Below are positions 23,768 to 24,000 of a stretch of DNA of 24,000 nt, piece by piece (position 1 is the first letter of the stretch; each line of letters starts with the position of its first letter). The position numbers and the translations under genes are program-made. The notes under the pieces are model-generated. The model ran no database searches and was not told the DNA's origin. It was given only the letters and a program-made list of their open reading frames with translations. This DNA is from an uncultured Anaerolineaceae bacterium (lineage in GTDB: Bacteria > Chloroflexota > Anaerolineae > Aggregatilineales > Aggregatilineaceae), in assembly GCA_964425755.1 (NCBI GenBank), contig CAYRNY010000002.1:119544-143543 (forward strand). Direction: 5' to 3'.

Positions 23768-24000
23768 CGCGGATGACCTCCAGGCGGTGTTGCTGCCCCT
23801 GCACGGCGACGGCGATCACGTCCACGCGCCACCGCGTGCCTTCAAGCCCGTGCTCGGCGCGGTAAGCCTGGGCGAGCTCAAGCAGGCGCGCGCGTTTTTG
23901 CGGCGTGATGCTTTCCAGCGCGGCGTCGATCGCGGGCTGCAGCGAGCCGCGCCGGGCGCGCACTTCCACGAACACGATCTCGTCACCGTCCTGTGCTACG
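23751..24000 (-). CDS. yraN: YraN-family (UPF0102) predicted endonuclease, C-terminal part; 5' end outside the window
   Basis: The reading frame is open to the window edge (..VAQDGDEIVFVEVRARR......S..KRARLLELAQAY.......WRVDVIAV), matching the YraN pattern D..lVFVEVK.R....... and R.DVi.V. The stop at 23751 overlaps the miaA maximal ORF by 17 nt. Confidence 0.7.
   Translation of the reverse strand, partial: VAQDGDEIVFVEVRARRGSLQPAIDAALESITPQKRARLLELAQAYRAEHGLEGTRWRVDVIAVAVQGQQHRLEVIRDALAW

Noticed and set aside
1-24000. Window-wide look for CRISPR arrays, IS/transposon ends, integrases, prophage genes, toxin-antitoxin pairs or known defence-system genes
   Set aside because: I saw no regularly spaced direct repeats, no transposase, integrase or recombinase-like ORFs, and no long terminal inverted repeats. 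There is no compositional island other than the short AT-rich promoter regions.

Overview
GC-rich bacterial chromosomal window (mid-60s % GC by eye, not computed). It is densely coding, and I found no rRNA, tRNA, CRISPR array, transposase, integrase or phage genes. Protein style (Pro/Thr-rich linkers, TM-anchored solute-binding protein, class I xylose isomerase, STPK/FHA signalling) suggests a Chloroflexota- or Actinomycetota-like organism; this is low-confidence inference. Content in order: (1) the 3' part of a nucleoside-deaminase-type amidohydrolase fused to a CYTH domain; (2) an MFS transporter; (3) a xylR(ROK)-xylA-xylB xylose operon on the minus strand with a clear intrinsic terminator; (4) a DedA membrane protein followed by a phosphatidylcholine-synthase-like CDP-alcohol phosphatidyltransferase; (5) a divergent pair made of an FHA + OmpR-type winged-helix regulator and a tail-anchored Hanks-type Ser/Thr kinase; (6) a tightly coupled four-gene minus-strand operon (10650-17344) whose products are all membrane-embedded or extracytoplasmic: a PrsW-like polytopic protein, a small anchored protein, a trypsin-like protein with three internal repeats, and a GH3-like protein with a C-terminal 3-TM anchor; (7) a family-5 ABC solute-binding protein plus two permeases with no ATPase gene; (8) a minus-strand yraN-miaA cluster that also carries two uncharacterised genes. 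The most unusual feature is the four-gene envelope operon. All three of its hydrolase-like products appear, by eye, to carry substitutions at canonical catalytic positions (GH3 nucleophile Asp and KH/DSH residues; S1 nucleophile Ser to Thr; PrsW-type Glu/Asn positions). It also sits directly beside the sensor-less kinase and the FHA regulator. All family assignments come from motif recognition in the supplied translations. No database search was possible, so each needs HMM or structure confirmation.
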